Shown: positions 1 to 10,388 of the stretch, piece by piece | How positions within the stretch are numbered: the stretch's first letter is position 1 | How the letters are laid out: each line of letters opens with the position of its first letter | NCBI GenBank assembly: GCA_965248195.1 | Contig: CBDFIQ010000001.1 | Coordinates: 1,280,001-1,344,000, forward strand | Source: Longimicrobiales bacterium | GTDB lineage: Bacteria; Gemmatimonadota; Gemmatimonadetes; Longimicrobiales; Gaopeijiaceae | Reading direction: 5' to 3' | DNA: 64,000 bases | The notes under the pieces: generated by a model | Database searches by the model: none | What the model was told of the DNA's origin: nothing | The model's input: the letters and a program-made list of their open reading frames with translations, nothing else | Program-made: the position numbers and the translations under genes

Positions 1-1782
1 GATTCGCTCGGGCGTGTCCCCGTTGGGGATCCACCAAAGGTGCTCCCCCGTGTTCATGTCGATGGCCGTGATCCGGCCGTAAGGGGGCTTCATTATCGGA
101 AGGCCTTGAGGGCCCCTGAAGTCTCCGCGATCGATGACGGCATATCCCGAGTATGTCGTGCCCGTGGTCATGAAGTTGTCGGGTTCATCGATGTCGCGGC
201 CGGGGACGAGCCTTTCGGATCTGCACCCCTTGTTGGACGACACATAGAGGATCCCGGTCTCCGGATCAGCGGATGTCGGACCCGGGATGTTGGTCGCGCC
301 CGACGGACAGCTGACGAACGAGCGTAGGCCGGATGGATGGCCCACCTGGATCGGCGGGTTAAAGATGGGTCCGATCCGGTAGTTCTGAATGATCCCAAGT
401 GCATCTAGGCGGAGCTCGGGCGTGAAGTCGATCAGCTGGTCCTCGGTGAGCCCCTGCTCTTCGTACGCCAGCGGCCACGTGGGAAAAGGCTGGGTGAGAG
501 ACAGTTGCTCACCGGGAACCTCAGACTGGGGCACCGGGCGTTCCTCGATGGGCCAAATCGGCTCGCCGGTCTCCCGGTTGAAGGTGTAGGCCCAGCCCTG
601 CTTGGTGGTCTGGACCAGGATCGGCGTCGGCTCTCCGTCCACCGTGACGTCCAGCAGGACCGGGGCGGTGGGATTGTCGAAGTTCCAGATGTCGTGATGA
701 ACGGTCTGGAAATGCCACACTCGCTCTCCAGTCTGGACGTCGAGGGCGATGACGCTTGTGCCGAACAGGTTGTCTCCCGGGCGGAAGCCGCCATAGAAGT
801 CTATCGTGGGCGGGTTGGTGGGAACATACACAATGCCCAGCTCGGGGTCGGCCGACATGGGGGCCCACGACGAGACATCCCCAGTGGTCAGCCATGCGCC
901 GTTCTCCCACGTGTCATGGCCGAATTCGCCCGGCCTCGGGATGACGTGGAATTTCCACAGGAACTCACCGGTCCGGGCATCGTAGCCCATGATGTCGCCT
1001 GGAACGTTCTCGGTTCGCGTCTGGTTGTACCCCTGTTCGTGGGAATTACCTACCACTATCACGTTGTTCACCACGATGGGCGGCGACGAACTGGTCACCA
1101 TCCCGATTTCCCGGGGGATTCCTGCGTAATGGTCGAGCGGCTGGCCGAGCTCCTCAAAGGGAAGCCAGTCCCTGACCAGATCTTCCAACGCGTCCACGAC
1201 CCCGGTCTCAGGAAAGCCCTCTATCGGTACGGGCCTTCCGAATCCCTCCAGGTGCTGGCCGGTCTTGGCGTCGAGTGCGTGGAGGAAGAAGCCGGGAGTC
1301 GTGATGTAGATCACCCCGCGGCCATCGACCTCGGCGTAGGTAACTCCCTTTCCATAGTTCTGCCGCATGGAGCGCTCAAACCGAAACGTGTTGGGCTCGC
1401 GGTATGTCCAAAGGATTTCACCCGTAGCAGCGTCCATGGCGACCAACTGTCGCCGCGAGCTGACAGCCGTGTAGAGGATGCCGTCGACGAAGGTTGGCGT
1501 GGACTTGGAGGCGAAGGTGACCGTGGGGGCAAAGTTGTCCGCTCGCCAGATCCAAGCGACCTCCAGATCCTCGAAGTTGCTGGCGTCGATCTGGTCCAGG
1601 GGCGAATACCGCGTATGGGCCGCGTCCCCACCCAGGTAGTGCCATTCTCCGTTCTCCGTCCCAGGTCCACCCTGCCCGACGAGGGAAGCCGGTGCTGCCA
1701 GCAGAACGCTGAATGCGAGGGCAAGATACAATCCATTTGTACTCTGTCTGAGCTGTGGCTGGTCTCCTCTGGACATCTTCAT
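1..1782 (-). CDS. PQQ-dependent (glucose/quinate-type) dehydrogenase, 3' end outside window
   Basis: Not in the ORF track because it runs off the edge. The N-terminal part, translated by hand from ATG 1782 (GAGGAG upstream), gives a signal peptide, then [58 protein letters not shown] and HALDAKTG: typical quinoprotein N-terminus and PQQ propeller repeats. Confidence 0.88.
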   Translation of the reverse strand, partial: MKMSRGDQPQLRQSTNGLYLALAFSVLLAAPASLVGQGGPGTENGEWHYLGGDAAHTRYSPLDQIDASNFEDLEVAWIWRADNFAPTVTFASKSTPTFVDGILYTAVSSRRQLVAMDAATGEILWTYREPNTFRFERSMRQNYGKGVTYAEVDGRGVIYITTPGFFLHALDAKTGQHLEGFGRPVPIEGFPETGVVDALEDLVRDWLPFEELGQPLDHYAGIPREIGMVTSSSPPIVVNNVIVVGNSHEQGYNQTRTENVPGDIMGYDARTGEFLWKFHVIPRPGEFGHDTWENGAWLTTGDVSSWAPMSADPELGIVYVPTNPPTIDFYGGFRPGDNLFGTSVIALDVQTGERVWHFQTVHHDIWNFDNPTAPVLLDVTVDGEPTPILVQTTKQGWAYTFNRETGEPIWPIEERPVPQSEVPGEQLSLTQPFPTWPLAYEEQGLTEDQLIDFTPELRLDALGIIQNYRIGPIFNPPIQVGHPSGLRSFVSCPSGATNIPGPTSADPETGILYVSSNKGCRSERLVPGRDIDEPDNFMTTGTTYSGYAVIDRGDFRGPQGLPIMKPPYGRITAIDMNTGEHLWWIPNGDTPERI

Positions 1783-1795
1783 TCGCTCCTCAACA

Positions 1796-1852
1796 GATTA
1801 GAAGGAACTCTTCCGGGCCGCGATTAGAAGGAACTCTTCCGGGCCGCGATTA
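1796..1852. repeat. Perfect 26-bp tandem duplication (2.2 copies)
   Basis: GATTAGAAGGAACTCTTCCGGGCCGC at 1796 and 1822, then GATTA; lies in the 5' leader of the PQQ gene. Confidence 0.95.
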
Positions 1853-1855
1853 AGC

Positions 1856-1884
1856 AGAATACGAGCCCTACCAAAGGGCGTCAA
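1856..1884 (-). promoter_or_regulatory. Putative sigma70 promoter of the PQQ dehydrogenase
   Basis: Minus strand reads TTGACG-N17-TATTCT about 75 bp upstream of the start codon. Confidence 0.55.
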
Positions 1885-2067
1885 GATAACATAGGGGTGT
1901 CCCTTGCCCCCTCCAGGAGCCGAGTGCATACTCTTCCAGTCGGGACGTCGCAGAGACGTCCAAACGTTCCACGCGCATGGACCCAGACGCAGGCACTTCC
2001 CGCCGTGGCTGACGTCATCGGCGAGTCCGCAGGACTATACTAAGCGCATTCAACAGGCAGGGACGAG

Positions 2068-2250
2068 ATGAAAGTCGATCGAGGACCGATCCTCGCCGCG
2101 GTGGTGACTGCGGTGGTTGTGAGCCTGGCAGCATGTGTCTCACCTTTTGAGCCCGAGAGTGAGCCGGAGGAGGTGCTAGAGGAAGACCAAACGGATTTTA
2201 GAGTGGTTCAAGTCTACTCCGGCAGGATACTGGTTCTCCTGCTCTCTTAG
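2068..2250 (+). CDS. Small putative lipoprotein or gene remnant
   Basis: Signal peptide with lipobox-like LAAC and an acidic tail; only 60 aa. Confidence 0.35.
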   Translation: MKVDRGPILAAVVTAVVVSLAACVSPFEPESEPEEVLEEDQTDFRVVQVYSGRILVLLLS

Positions 2251-2297
2251 CACCACAGAATCTGCTGCGCTTCCGCCCCGCTTGCCCAGTACACATT

Positions 2298-2341
2298 TCG
2301 TGGACGCTTGTGCTGCGGCTCGTGGACGCTTGTGCTGCGGC
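2298..2341. repeat. Perfect 22-bp tandem duplication
   Basis: TCGTGGACGCTTGTGCTGCGGC x2. Confidence 0.95.
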
Positions 2342-2420
2342 GGGCTCTTCGGAACAACTCACCTCCCTTGCTGCACCCTAATGCGCAACTCCACACCGAG
2401 TGGCGTGGACCGCGCCCGAG

Positions 2421-3557
2421 TTAGGGCGCGGTCCACGGCAGGGCCAAGTGCGTGTGGTCAGCACCTGGTCGGGGCCGCATCTTTTGCGCACGGCCGGCGA
2501 ACGTCTCCGCCCAGTAGAGATTCCCTTCGGTATCCATGTGAAACCCGTGGATTCCCCAGTTGAACCCGGGCGCCAACCCGTACGTACCAAACGCGTAGAT
2601 CAGCTTCCCGGTGAGGTCGTACTTCAACATCTTGTTGGTCACCCCGTCGGCGACCCAGAGATACCCGTCCGAGGACATCTGGAGGACGTACGGCGAATTG
2701 ATGTCCGGCCACACATCCAGGAAGTTGCCATTCTCGTCAAAGACTTGAATTCGACTGTTTGAGCGGTCGGCGACATACACACGCCCGTTCTGGTCGGCGG
2801 CAATCCCGTGAGGCAGGTTGAACTGGCCAGGACCCGTGCCGGGCTCGCCCCAGGCCATGACGAAGTCGCCGTTCCCGTCAAACTTCACGACGCGGGTGTT
2901 CACGTACCCGTCGCTGACGAAAGTCGAGCCGTCGGGGAGGAAGGCGATAGCGGTCGGCCGGTTGAAGTGGGTGTCGTCGTTCCCGGGCTCCAGTCGCTGG
3001 CCGAGGGTGAGGACCAGCTCTTCACCGTCATTGGTGAACTTGAAAACCTGGTGGAGCTGGTCGTCCACCACCCAAACGTGTTTTTCGGGATCGTACGGGT
3101 TGATGGCCACCTGGTGCGGTCCACGCCCACCCGGGAATAAGTGGTCCCACTGCTCCCAGCTCTCTATGATCTTGCCGCTGGCATCGACGACGTAGATGCA
3201 GTTGACGAATCGATTGCCACCGATCGCACGGTTGCCAGGGGTTGCGGCGATGGCGTCCCAGCCTGGCTCGACCCCTTCCGGCCTGGGGAGCTCGCCCCGC
3301 TGCACCACGAAGATCCTGTCCGGCGACTCCGCGAAGATGCCCGTGGTGGCGCCCCAGACCCAGTCTTCATGACCGGGCAGCGGCTGCGGCCAGTTGGTCT
3401 GGACCTCGTAGGGACCGTTCAGGTACGGGTCTTCGCCCCCTTTCTCCTGTTCCCCAGCGGAGGTGTCCAGATTCGCGGCTGGCGAGTCACCGCCACACGC
3501 CGACAACGAACCAAGCAGTAGGACCACGGTGAACGTAATCATCGATGAGCGCGCCAT
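2421..3557 (-). CDS. NHL-repeat beta-propeller lipoprotein, peptidyl-alpha-hydroxyglycine alpha-amidating lyase (PAL)-like
   Basis: Lipobox LSAC; NHL repeats (HFNRPTAIAFLPDGSTFVSDGYVNTRVVKF, GQFNLPHGIAAD, VYVADRSNSRIQVFD). Start moved to ATG 3557 behind AAAGGA. Confidence 0.82.
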   Translation of the reverse strand: MARSSMITFTVVLLLGSLSACGGDSPAANLDTSAGEQEKGGEDPYLNGPYEVQTNWPQPLPGHEDWVWGATTGIFAESPDRIFVVQRGELPRPEGVEPGWDAIAATPGNRAIGGNRFVNCIYVVDASGKIIESWEQWDHLFPGGRGPHQVAINPYDPEKHVWVVDDQLHQVFKFTNDGEELVLTLGQRLEPGNDDTHFNRPTAIAFLPDGSTFVSDGYVNTRVVKFDGNGDFVMAWGEPGTGPGQFNLPHGIAADQNGRVYVADRSNSRIQVFDENGNFLDVWPDINSPYVLQMSSDGYLWVADGVTNKMLKYDLTGKLIYAFGTYGLAPGFNWGIHGFHMDTEGNLYWAETFAGRAQKMRPRPGADHTHLALPWTAP

Positions 3558-3774
3558 GAGTGACATCCTTTCGCACGTGATCAGGCGACTTCGACCCCGT
3601 TCGTACTGAGCCCGATGGGTCATCAAGAACCAGCTCAATACTATCCTCGTGTGCTCGATAGGGATAGGCAAGATCGGGGCCGGTAGCGCACGCCGCGCTC
3701 CTGTGATGCCTATACGTAACTCCGAGTGCCCGTCGAGCGCCTTGGACCCCGCACCTCACTTCAAAAGACCGGGC

Positions 3775-5058
3775 TCACTCGTTGATGGAGCTCAGGATCA
3801 GCTCGATGAATTCGCTAAAATGCTGCCCTTCGATCCAACGGACCACGACCAGCAGGTCGTTCTCCTGGTCGACGTAGATCCGGTTTATTCCGGCGCCGGA
3901 GTGCCAAAACGCCGTCTCCGGCGCGGCTGGCACCGCGCGACGGCCGGTGTTCAGGCTGAAGTTCATGAAGCCGTAACCCGGATTCACTTGCCCCGGCGTG
4001 CGCGCCATGGCAAGCCACTCTTCGGAAATGATCTTGCGATCCTTCCAGTGTCCGTCACGCAGCGTCAAGTATCCGAAACGGGCCATATCCCGGGCGCTGA
4101 TCATCATGCCCCCGCCGTAATGCGCTCCGCCCGCCACGGACTGCATCTGCATCCCATCGATGACCACCCACGAGTTCTCATAGCCGAACCAGCGCCACGT
4201 GTTGGACGCACCGATCGGATCCATCACGTACTCCTTCAGCACCTGCGGAAGGGGGCGCCGCCACACTTGCAGTGTTGCTAACGCTAGAGCGTTCACCCGT
4301 ACATCGCTGTACTTGTAAACCGCTCCCGGCTCGTTCCTCGGGCGGTTGATCCATTCCTCGACCACCTGCAGACCTTCGCTTTCCTCGGGACGGTCCGCCC
4401 AGTCAGGGAGGTCCCACATGACTCCCTCCCAGTCGCTCGTCTGCCGTAGCATGTGGTCCCAGGTGATCTTCCGATTGTGCTGCGTATCGAACGGCGCCAA
4501 CGGACGGAGCTCGTCGATTCGGCTCCAGTTGCCTTGGACGGGGCGGGCCGGCAAAGCCCGAACGATCGGTGCCATATATTCGTGGACCGGGTCGTGGACA
4601 CTGCGGATCATGGCCCGATCATGCGCAAGGCCCACGACGGAGGAGAGGAAACTTTTCGTAACACTTTGGGTGATATCTACCCGCTCTGGCTCGCCCCACT
4701 CAGCGACGATGTACCCGTGCCGTACGATCATGCCCGTTGGCTCGCCCCGGTTCCCCATCGGGCCAACCAGCTGATATAGGGGCTGGTGGTTTCTGCGTGC
4801 CTGATAGAAAGGGAGATCCCTGCCTCTGCCTTCGTTGGCGGGATCGGTGGCAACGTCGATTGCTGCCCGGATCAGATCGGCATTCATCCCGACCTCCTCG
4901 GGACGCCGGGTTTCCCAGTCGGGTCCCGGCCCGGGAAAGTATACCGACTGTTGAGTTGCAGCCGACTTCGCCGTGATCAGGAGCGCTGCCACGGTCAAGA
5001 CCGGAGTCAGACCGGCCAGGAATCTCGTTGAGCGAAGGCATCTCGTATCTGCACTCAT
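3775..5058 (-). CDS. Secreted serine hydrolase, beta-lactamase (AmpC/CubicO)-like
   Basis: SxxK motif (QSVTKS), YKYSD, GGGMMISARDMARFG; signal peptide; GGAGGAG RBS. Confidence 0.88.
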   Translation of the reverse strand: MSADTRCLRSTRFLAGLTPVLTVAALLITAKSAATQQSVYFPGPGPDWETRRPEEVGMNADLIRAAIDVATDPANEGRGRDLPFYQARRNHQPLYQLVGPMGNRGEPTGMIVRHGYIVAEWGEPERVDITQSVTKSFLSSVVGLAHDRAMIRSVHDPVHEYMAPIVRALPARPVQGNWSRIDELRPLAPFDTQHNRKITWDHMLRQTSDWEGVMWDLPDWADRPEESEGLQVVEEWINRPRNEPGAVYKYSDVRVNALALATLQVWRRPLPQVLKEYVMDPIGASNTWRWFGYENSWVVIDGMQMQSVAGGAHYGGGMMISARDMARFGYLTLRDGHWKDRKIISEEWLAMARTPGQVNPGYGFMNFSLNTGRRAVPAAPETAFWHSGAGINRIYVDQENDLLVVVRWIEGQHFSEFIELILSSINE

Positions 5059-5299
5059 GGGTCTCCTCCGTAAGTGTGGCTCTCCGAAAAATGCCGAACC
5101 GCTCCCGCGACGGGGGCTCGCAGCGAGAAGCGGGGAAAATGCCGATCTATAGCGCTGGCATCAGCCTGTGGTGGCGGCCATACGAGAGAGCGGGGCCGGC
5201 GTCCGGTGGGGGCTGGGTTCGTTCGAACCCAGCCCCCACGGTCGTGCGCCGGGATGTGGACCGACGCATCGATGCTGAACCCAGCTCCACCGGCCTCCG

Positions 5300-7084
5300 T
5301 TAGGGAGCCAGCGGCTCGATATGAACGATCTGGCCTTGGTGGTTCTTACCGACCCACAAGCTGCTGGGGAGCCCGTCTCTCTCGGGCTCCTGCACATAGA
5401 CGTGGCGCATGTTGGCTTCCCAGTGTTCGGGGTCCTTCGGGAGGCGGTAGAAGTTCCACTCTCCCGTCTCTTCATTCATCCGCCCGACATGGTCGGCGGA
5501 TTCCGAGTTCACCCAGACATAGCCGTCGTCCCCGCCCTGCGCCATGTAGGGATAAAACCAGGGCCTCGGCACGGGGAACAGCTCGATCGCCTTCTCGGCG
5601 GGCAGGCTCGGGTCGAGCTTTCCGATGTAGTTGCCGTCGTACCCAGCGAACCACGCGCGGTCCTGGCTATCGAAAAGGCCTCGCCGGCTGCCGCCCCCGA
5701 AGGCCGTTTCACCGCGGGGCTCCTCGGGGATCGGATAATAGGTGACTTCGAGGGTCTTAGCATCCACCCGCCAGAACTCCGTGCTTCCCCGGCCGGCACC
5801 GTACACGTTGTTCTTGGAGTCCGGGTAGAAATCATATGCAGATAGCCTCCTCTCCGTGGGCACGGGCGTCCCCGTCCACTCCCCATCCCCAAGGAGCTGC
5901 GCCTGTTGCAGCTGGCCCCCACTGTTGAACCAAACGTTGCCGTCCACGTGCATGGATTGGGGCGCCACGAAGGAACCGGTACCTGGATAGTACTCGAACG
6001 TCTCCGACTCCGTGTCGAAGACGACGAAGTACCCCGCTCCGCCCCTATAACCCGGGGGCGAAAGGTAGAATTTGCCCTGCCCATCGGGCTGTATGGTTCG
6101 ATTGCCGACGGGTACCATCGGCCCTTCCTCGGCCAGCTCTGGGAACAGATCCACCGGATCCGGGAGCGTCCACTCGACCGTTTCGCCAGTCTCGGGGTCC
6201 AGCTTCCCGATCACGTTGTCGTTGAAATCGTTGTAGTAGATCCATCCATCCGGCCCCATCTGCACATCGTGGGGCTTAGCCGCCACCCGAGGCAGGTCGT
6301 ACGTGGTGTAGATCACGTTCGTCTCGTCGCCGGTGGCTCGCGGAAACGACTTGAGGGGGTACTGCCAAGGACCGTTACTCAAATTGATCGCCGAAACGAC
6401 TTCGGCCTGCAGGCGCTCGAAGCCGGATGGCGGCCGCGCCATCACTCCGCCTTCTCTTCCCCAGTTGGCGACCTGGTTCCGTCGCATTTGGAAGGTCACC
6501 GGCGTAGTGCCGATCCAGTAGGTGTTGGGGGTCATTCGCTGCATGACATGCAGAAGCTGCTCCTCGTTAAATCTCGACATTGCCGGCTTCAGCTGCCCAT
6601 GACAACGGACACAATCCTTCATTGTAGTGAAGATCGTTTCGTCGGGTATTGGATAGCTCATCCACCATTCCGCGCTCGACATCTGCAGGGCCTTCTCCAG
6701 CTGCATGGCCTCCTCCAGGTGCAGATCCTTCACAGCCGAGGGAGCCTCCTCCGTTACCTCCACGACCCTCGTCGAGGGTCGGAGCACGTAACCCGCTGCC
6801 TGGATCTGGAGGGTGTACTCGCCCGGCTCCAGCCTGTCCCGGGGGAAACTGTAAACACCGGTGGCATCGCTCACGACGGTGACCGTGAAGCTGGAGTTCT
6901 CCCGTCTGGCATTTACGAGCACTCCCTCCATGCGACCTTCCGGGGACGAGGTCACCGACCCCGTCAGAGCGGGAGTCGTCGACTGAGCGTGGACGGCCTG
7001 GTGGCCCGGCCAGATCGCCAGTCCCGCCAAAATCGCTCCGATCATCCCCGTCGCAATCCCCTTGACTGGCTTCTTCGTAATCAC
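5300..7084 (-). CDS. Secreted carboxypeptidase-regulatory-like domain + c-type heme + Vgb-lyase-like beta-propeller protein
   Basis: Signal peptide; GSVTS..MEGVLV..TVVSD..GVYSFP..LEPGEY domain; CVRCH; PHDV..GPDG.IYY..IGKLDP.TGE repeats. Confidence 0.8.
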   Translation of the reverse strand: MITKKPVKGIATGMIGAILAGLAIWPGHQAVHAQSTTPALTGSVTSSPEGRMEGVLVNARRENSSFTVTVVSDATGVYSFPRDRLEPGEYTLQIQAAGYVLRPSTRVVEVTEEAPSAVKDLHLEEAMQLEKALQMSSAEWWMSYPIPDETIFTTMKDCVRCHGQLKPAMSRFNEEQLLHVMQRMTPNTYWIGTTPVTFQMRRNQVANWGREGGVMARPPSGFERLQAEVVSAINLSNGPWQYPLKSFPRATGDETNVIYTTYDLPRVAAKPHDVQMGPDGWIYYNDFNDNVIGKLDPETGETVEWTLPDPVDLFPELAEEGPMVPVGNRTIQPDGQGKFYLSPPGYRGGAGYFVVFDTESETFEYYPGTGSFVAPQSMHVDGNVWFNSGGQLQQAQLLGDGEWTGTPVPTERRLSAYDFYPDSKNNVYGAGRGSTEFWRVDAKTLEVTYYPIPEEPRGETAFGGGSRRGLFDSQDRAWFAGYDGNYIGKLDPSLPAEKAIELFPVPRPWFYPYMAQGGDDGYVWVNSESADHVGRMNEETGEWNFYRLPKDPEHWEANMRHVYVQEPERDGLPSSLWVGKNHQGQIVHIEPLAP

Positions 7085-7178
7085 GGCGACATCTCCTTGT
7101 TTGTGAGAAGCATCCTATATTGTGAGAAGCATCCCCGGGGTGGTAGTTAGGAAGGTACGCGGGGGCTCTCGACTTGCG

Positions 7179-8931
7179 TTACCGAGCCAGCGGCTCGATA
7201 TGAACGATCCGGCCTTCGTGGTTCCCACCGATCCACGAGCTGGAGAGCCCGCCGCTCTCGGACCGCTGCACATGCATGTGGCGAATGTTAAATTCCGCCG
7301 GGAGGAGGTAGAAATTCCACTCTCCCGTCTCTTCGTTCATCCGTGCGACTTGGTCGGCAGAGATCGATCCCGTCCAGACATAGCCGGCGTCGTCGTTCAC
7401 GGCCATGTAGGGCTGAAACCAGGGCATCGGGATGGGGAACAGCTCGATTGCCTCCTTGGCGGGCAAGCTCGGGTCGAGCTTTCCGACGTAATTGCCGTCG
7501 AAACCACCAAACCACAGGCGGTCCTGAGCATCAAAATAGCCTCGCCGGCTGCCGCCCCCGAGGCCCGTTTCACCGCGGGGCTCTTCGGGGATCGGATAAT
7601 AGGTGATTTCGTGGGTCTCAGCATCCACCCGCCAGAACTGAGTGCTTCCCCGGCTGGCACCGTACGCGTTGTTCTTCGAGTCCACGTAGTGATCGTAGGC
7701 AGATAGGTTCCCAACGGGCGTCCCCTCCCACTTCCCGTCGTCAAGGAACTGCGCCTGATACAGCTGGCCGCCAGTGCGGAACCAAACGTTTCCATCCACG
7801 TGCTGGGAGTTGGCCGCCGTAAAATGACCGGTACCCGCATAGAACTCGAACGTCTCCGACTCCGTGTCGAAAACGGCGGTGTACCCGATTCCCCCCCTGA
7901 GACCCGGTGGAGCCAGGTAGAATTTGCCCTGCCCATCCGGCATCAGGACTCGATTGCCGACCGGTATCATCGACCCTTCCGCCGCCATCTCCGGGAGGAT
8001 ATCCACCAGGTCCGGGAACCTGTATTCGACAGTCTCGCCGGTCTTGGGGTTCAGCTTTCCGATCACGTTGTCGTTGAAATCGTCGTAGTAGATCCATCCA
8101 TCCGGCCCCATCTGCACATCGTGGGGCTTGGCGACCACCCGAGGAAGGTCGTACATCGTGTAGATCACGTTGGTGTTCTCGCCCGTGGGCCGCGGATACG
8201 TCTTCAGGGGATATTGCCAAGGACCTTTACTGAGATTGATCGCGGAAACGGCTTTGGACTGCAGGTCATGGAGGGGAGTGGGCGGGCGCGCCATTACTCC
8301 GTCTCCCCTTCCCCAGTCGACCGCCTGGGCCTAGTGGTATCTGGTAGGTCTCCGGCGTACTGCCGAGCCAGTAATACGACATTCGCTGCATGACATACGA
8401 GAGCTGCTGCTCGTTGAATCTAGACATTGCCACCCTCTGCTGGTCGTGACAACGGGCGCAGTCCCTCAGGGCGACGAAGGTCGTTTCCTCGGGTAGCGGA
8501 TAGCTCCACAGCCATTCCGCGCTGGAGAGTTGTAGGGCCTTCTCCAGTAGGGTGGCCTCCTCCAGGTGCAGATCCCACACAGAGGGAGCCTGCCCGGTTA
8601 CCTCCACGACGCTCGTCGAGGGCCGCAGCACGTAGCCCGCTGCCCGGACCCCGATGGTGTACTCGCCCGGCTCCAGTCTGTCGCTGGGGAAACTGTAAAC
8701 ACCGGCGGCATCGCTCACGACGGTGACCGTGATGTTGGAGCTCTCTCGTCTGGCACTTACGAGCACTCCCTCCATGCGGCCTTCCGGGAGCGAGGTCACC
8801 GAGCCCGTCAGAGCGGGAGTTGTCGACTGCAAAGCGTGTACGGCCTGGTGGCCCGGCCAGATTACCAGTCCCACCACGATGGCTCCGACCATCCCTGGCG
8901 CGATCCCCTTAACTGCCGTCTTCGTTTTCAC
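7179..8931 (-). pseudogene. Paralog of the 5300-7084 protein, split by a +1 frameshift near 8330 (or a sequencing error)
   Basis: ORFs 8266..8931 (signal peptide, CARCH) and 7179..8294 (propeller) together align end to end with the neighbouring paralog; removing one base at 8330/8331 restores ..IPLAQAVDWGRGDGVMARPP. Confidence 0.8.
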
Positions 8932-9348
8932 GGCGACCTCTCCTTGTTCGTGAAAAACGTGTCCGGGTCATCGGAACCGGCTCAACGATTCGAGCCGTCC
9001 GGAAGCGCGTTCGTCGCGGTGGTCCTGATAGGAGCCTCCATTGTTCACCCCGCAGAGATTGCTGCGGAAAGCGGCGCGGGGTGGGCGGCCGGTCAAGCCA
9101 CTGCGTAGCACTTCTTCGGCCGGATGTCAAACGAGTCACTGCACCGGTCCCGGTTTTCTGGTGTACGAGTTGAAAATGGTACTCGGGATTAGTGGATGAT
9201 TCCCTTTTTCTCCCCACAGGATTGCGAAAACCGGGGTCTCCCAGAAACCCCTCTCTTGTCGAGTTTTCCGTGAGCGATGCGCTCGCGGTCACAGAGATCC
9301 TTGAGGGCGAGCTCAAGCGAGACCCGGGCGAGGACACCGGCGCTTTGT

Positions 9349-10062
9349 TCAGCGACAGTGGGGGGCGGAGACCGTCACACCTTTGGCTTTCAGGGCAGTC
9401 ACGTCCGTGCAACTCACGCTCGTGTTCCAGAGATTGACCCCATCACCCGTTCCGAGCCCTGTGTTGGCCAGCAAAGGCTGAATGTCGGTGAGGTCGGGGT
9501 TATTGTCGAGCCGGAGGGAGCTAAGGCTCATGAGCCCGCTCAGCGCGCTAATGTCGGTAATCGAGTTGTTGTTGAGGCGGAGCCAGGTCAGGCTCGTGAG
9601 CCGGCTGAGCGCGCTCATGTCGCTGATCGAGCTGTCGCCAAGCCAGAGGTCCGACAGGCTGGTGAGACCACTCAGCACGCTGATGTCGGTGATCGAGTTG
9701 GAGGTGAGGTCGAGCTCCGTCAGGCTCGTGAGCCCGCTCAGCGCGCTGATGTCGGTAATGATTCCCCCAAGGTCCCCGATGCTGGAGGAGTTAGCAACTA
9801 ATGACGTCAGCCTAGATAACAGGTCGCAGGTAAGATCCTCCTGGGCACCGACCGAGAGTTGGTCCCTCACTGCCGCGTCCAAATGGCCATCCGAGAACGT
9901 CGTGATGGCCGACGATGGGTTGTCGGAGCAAAGCTCACTGGGCTGAAGGACCGGCGGTGGATCGGTAGGCTCGTCCACATTGAGAAGCCCCCCGTCGTTA
10001 GCTCCGCAGCCCAGCTGGAGAAGAAGCGAGCCGATAATGAGCGGCAGTACACGTCGCTTCAT
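9349..10062 (-). CDS. Internalin-like leucine-rich-repeat lipoprotein
   Basis: Lipobox QLGC; 22-aa LRRs (ITDISALSGLTSLTELDLTSNS) visible as 66-bp nucleotide repeats; cap FSDGHLDAAVR; GGAGG RBS. Confidence 0.88.
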   Translation of the reverse strand: MKRRVLPLIIGSLLLQLGCGANDGGLLNVDEPTDPPPVLQPSELCSDNPSSAITTFSDGHLDAAVRDQLSVGAQEDLTCDLLSRLTSLVANSSSIGDLGGIITDISALSGLTSLTELDLTSNSITDISVLSGLTSLSDLWLGDSSISDMSALSRLTSLTWLRLNNNSITDISALSGLMSLSSLRLDNNPDLTDIQPLLANTGLGTGDGVNLWNTSVSCTDVTALKAKGVTVSAPHCR

Positions 10063-10388
10063 GCCTGAGTCCTCCTGCCAAGCGGCCTAGTAGTCCCGTC
10101 GTCGGGGCGGGCGCTCTAGGGGGCGTCTACTGCGGCGGCGGGACCCGAAGGCCCCATTTGTTCAAGATTTCATCATACGCTGCACGGATTCGTGTCGCCA
10201 TCAGCCGACAGCCGGTGCGGGCAGCGCGAGCCGATGCGTGAGCCCGAGCGAGTCGTCGCGCCGATAACGCGCCTCGGTTGTTCTACCCCTTTTCGCCGGA
10301 GTCGGACACTACTCGTACTTGACAAGGCTGGATTCAAGATCCGGTATAAGGTAAGATTTCGAAGTCACACCCGAGAGGGGGGGCGCCC

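Noticed and set aside
505..1827. 440-aa plus-strand ORF
   Set aside because: Antisense shadow of the minus-strand PQQ dehydrogenase; no motifs.
5906..7150. 414-aa plus-strand ORF, and similar long antisense ORFs (13175-14383, 33298-34386, 38712-39701, 48563-49846)
   Set aside because: They overlap well-supported genes and are expected shadows in high-GC DNA.
10319..10350. TTGACA...TATAAG promoter
   Set aside because: The spacer is 20 bp, too long for a canonical sigma70 promoter.
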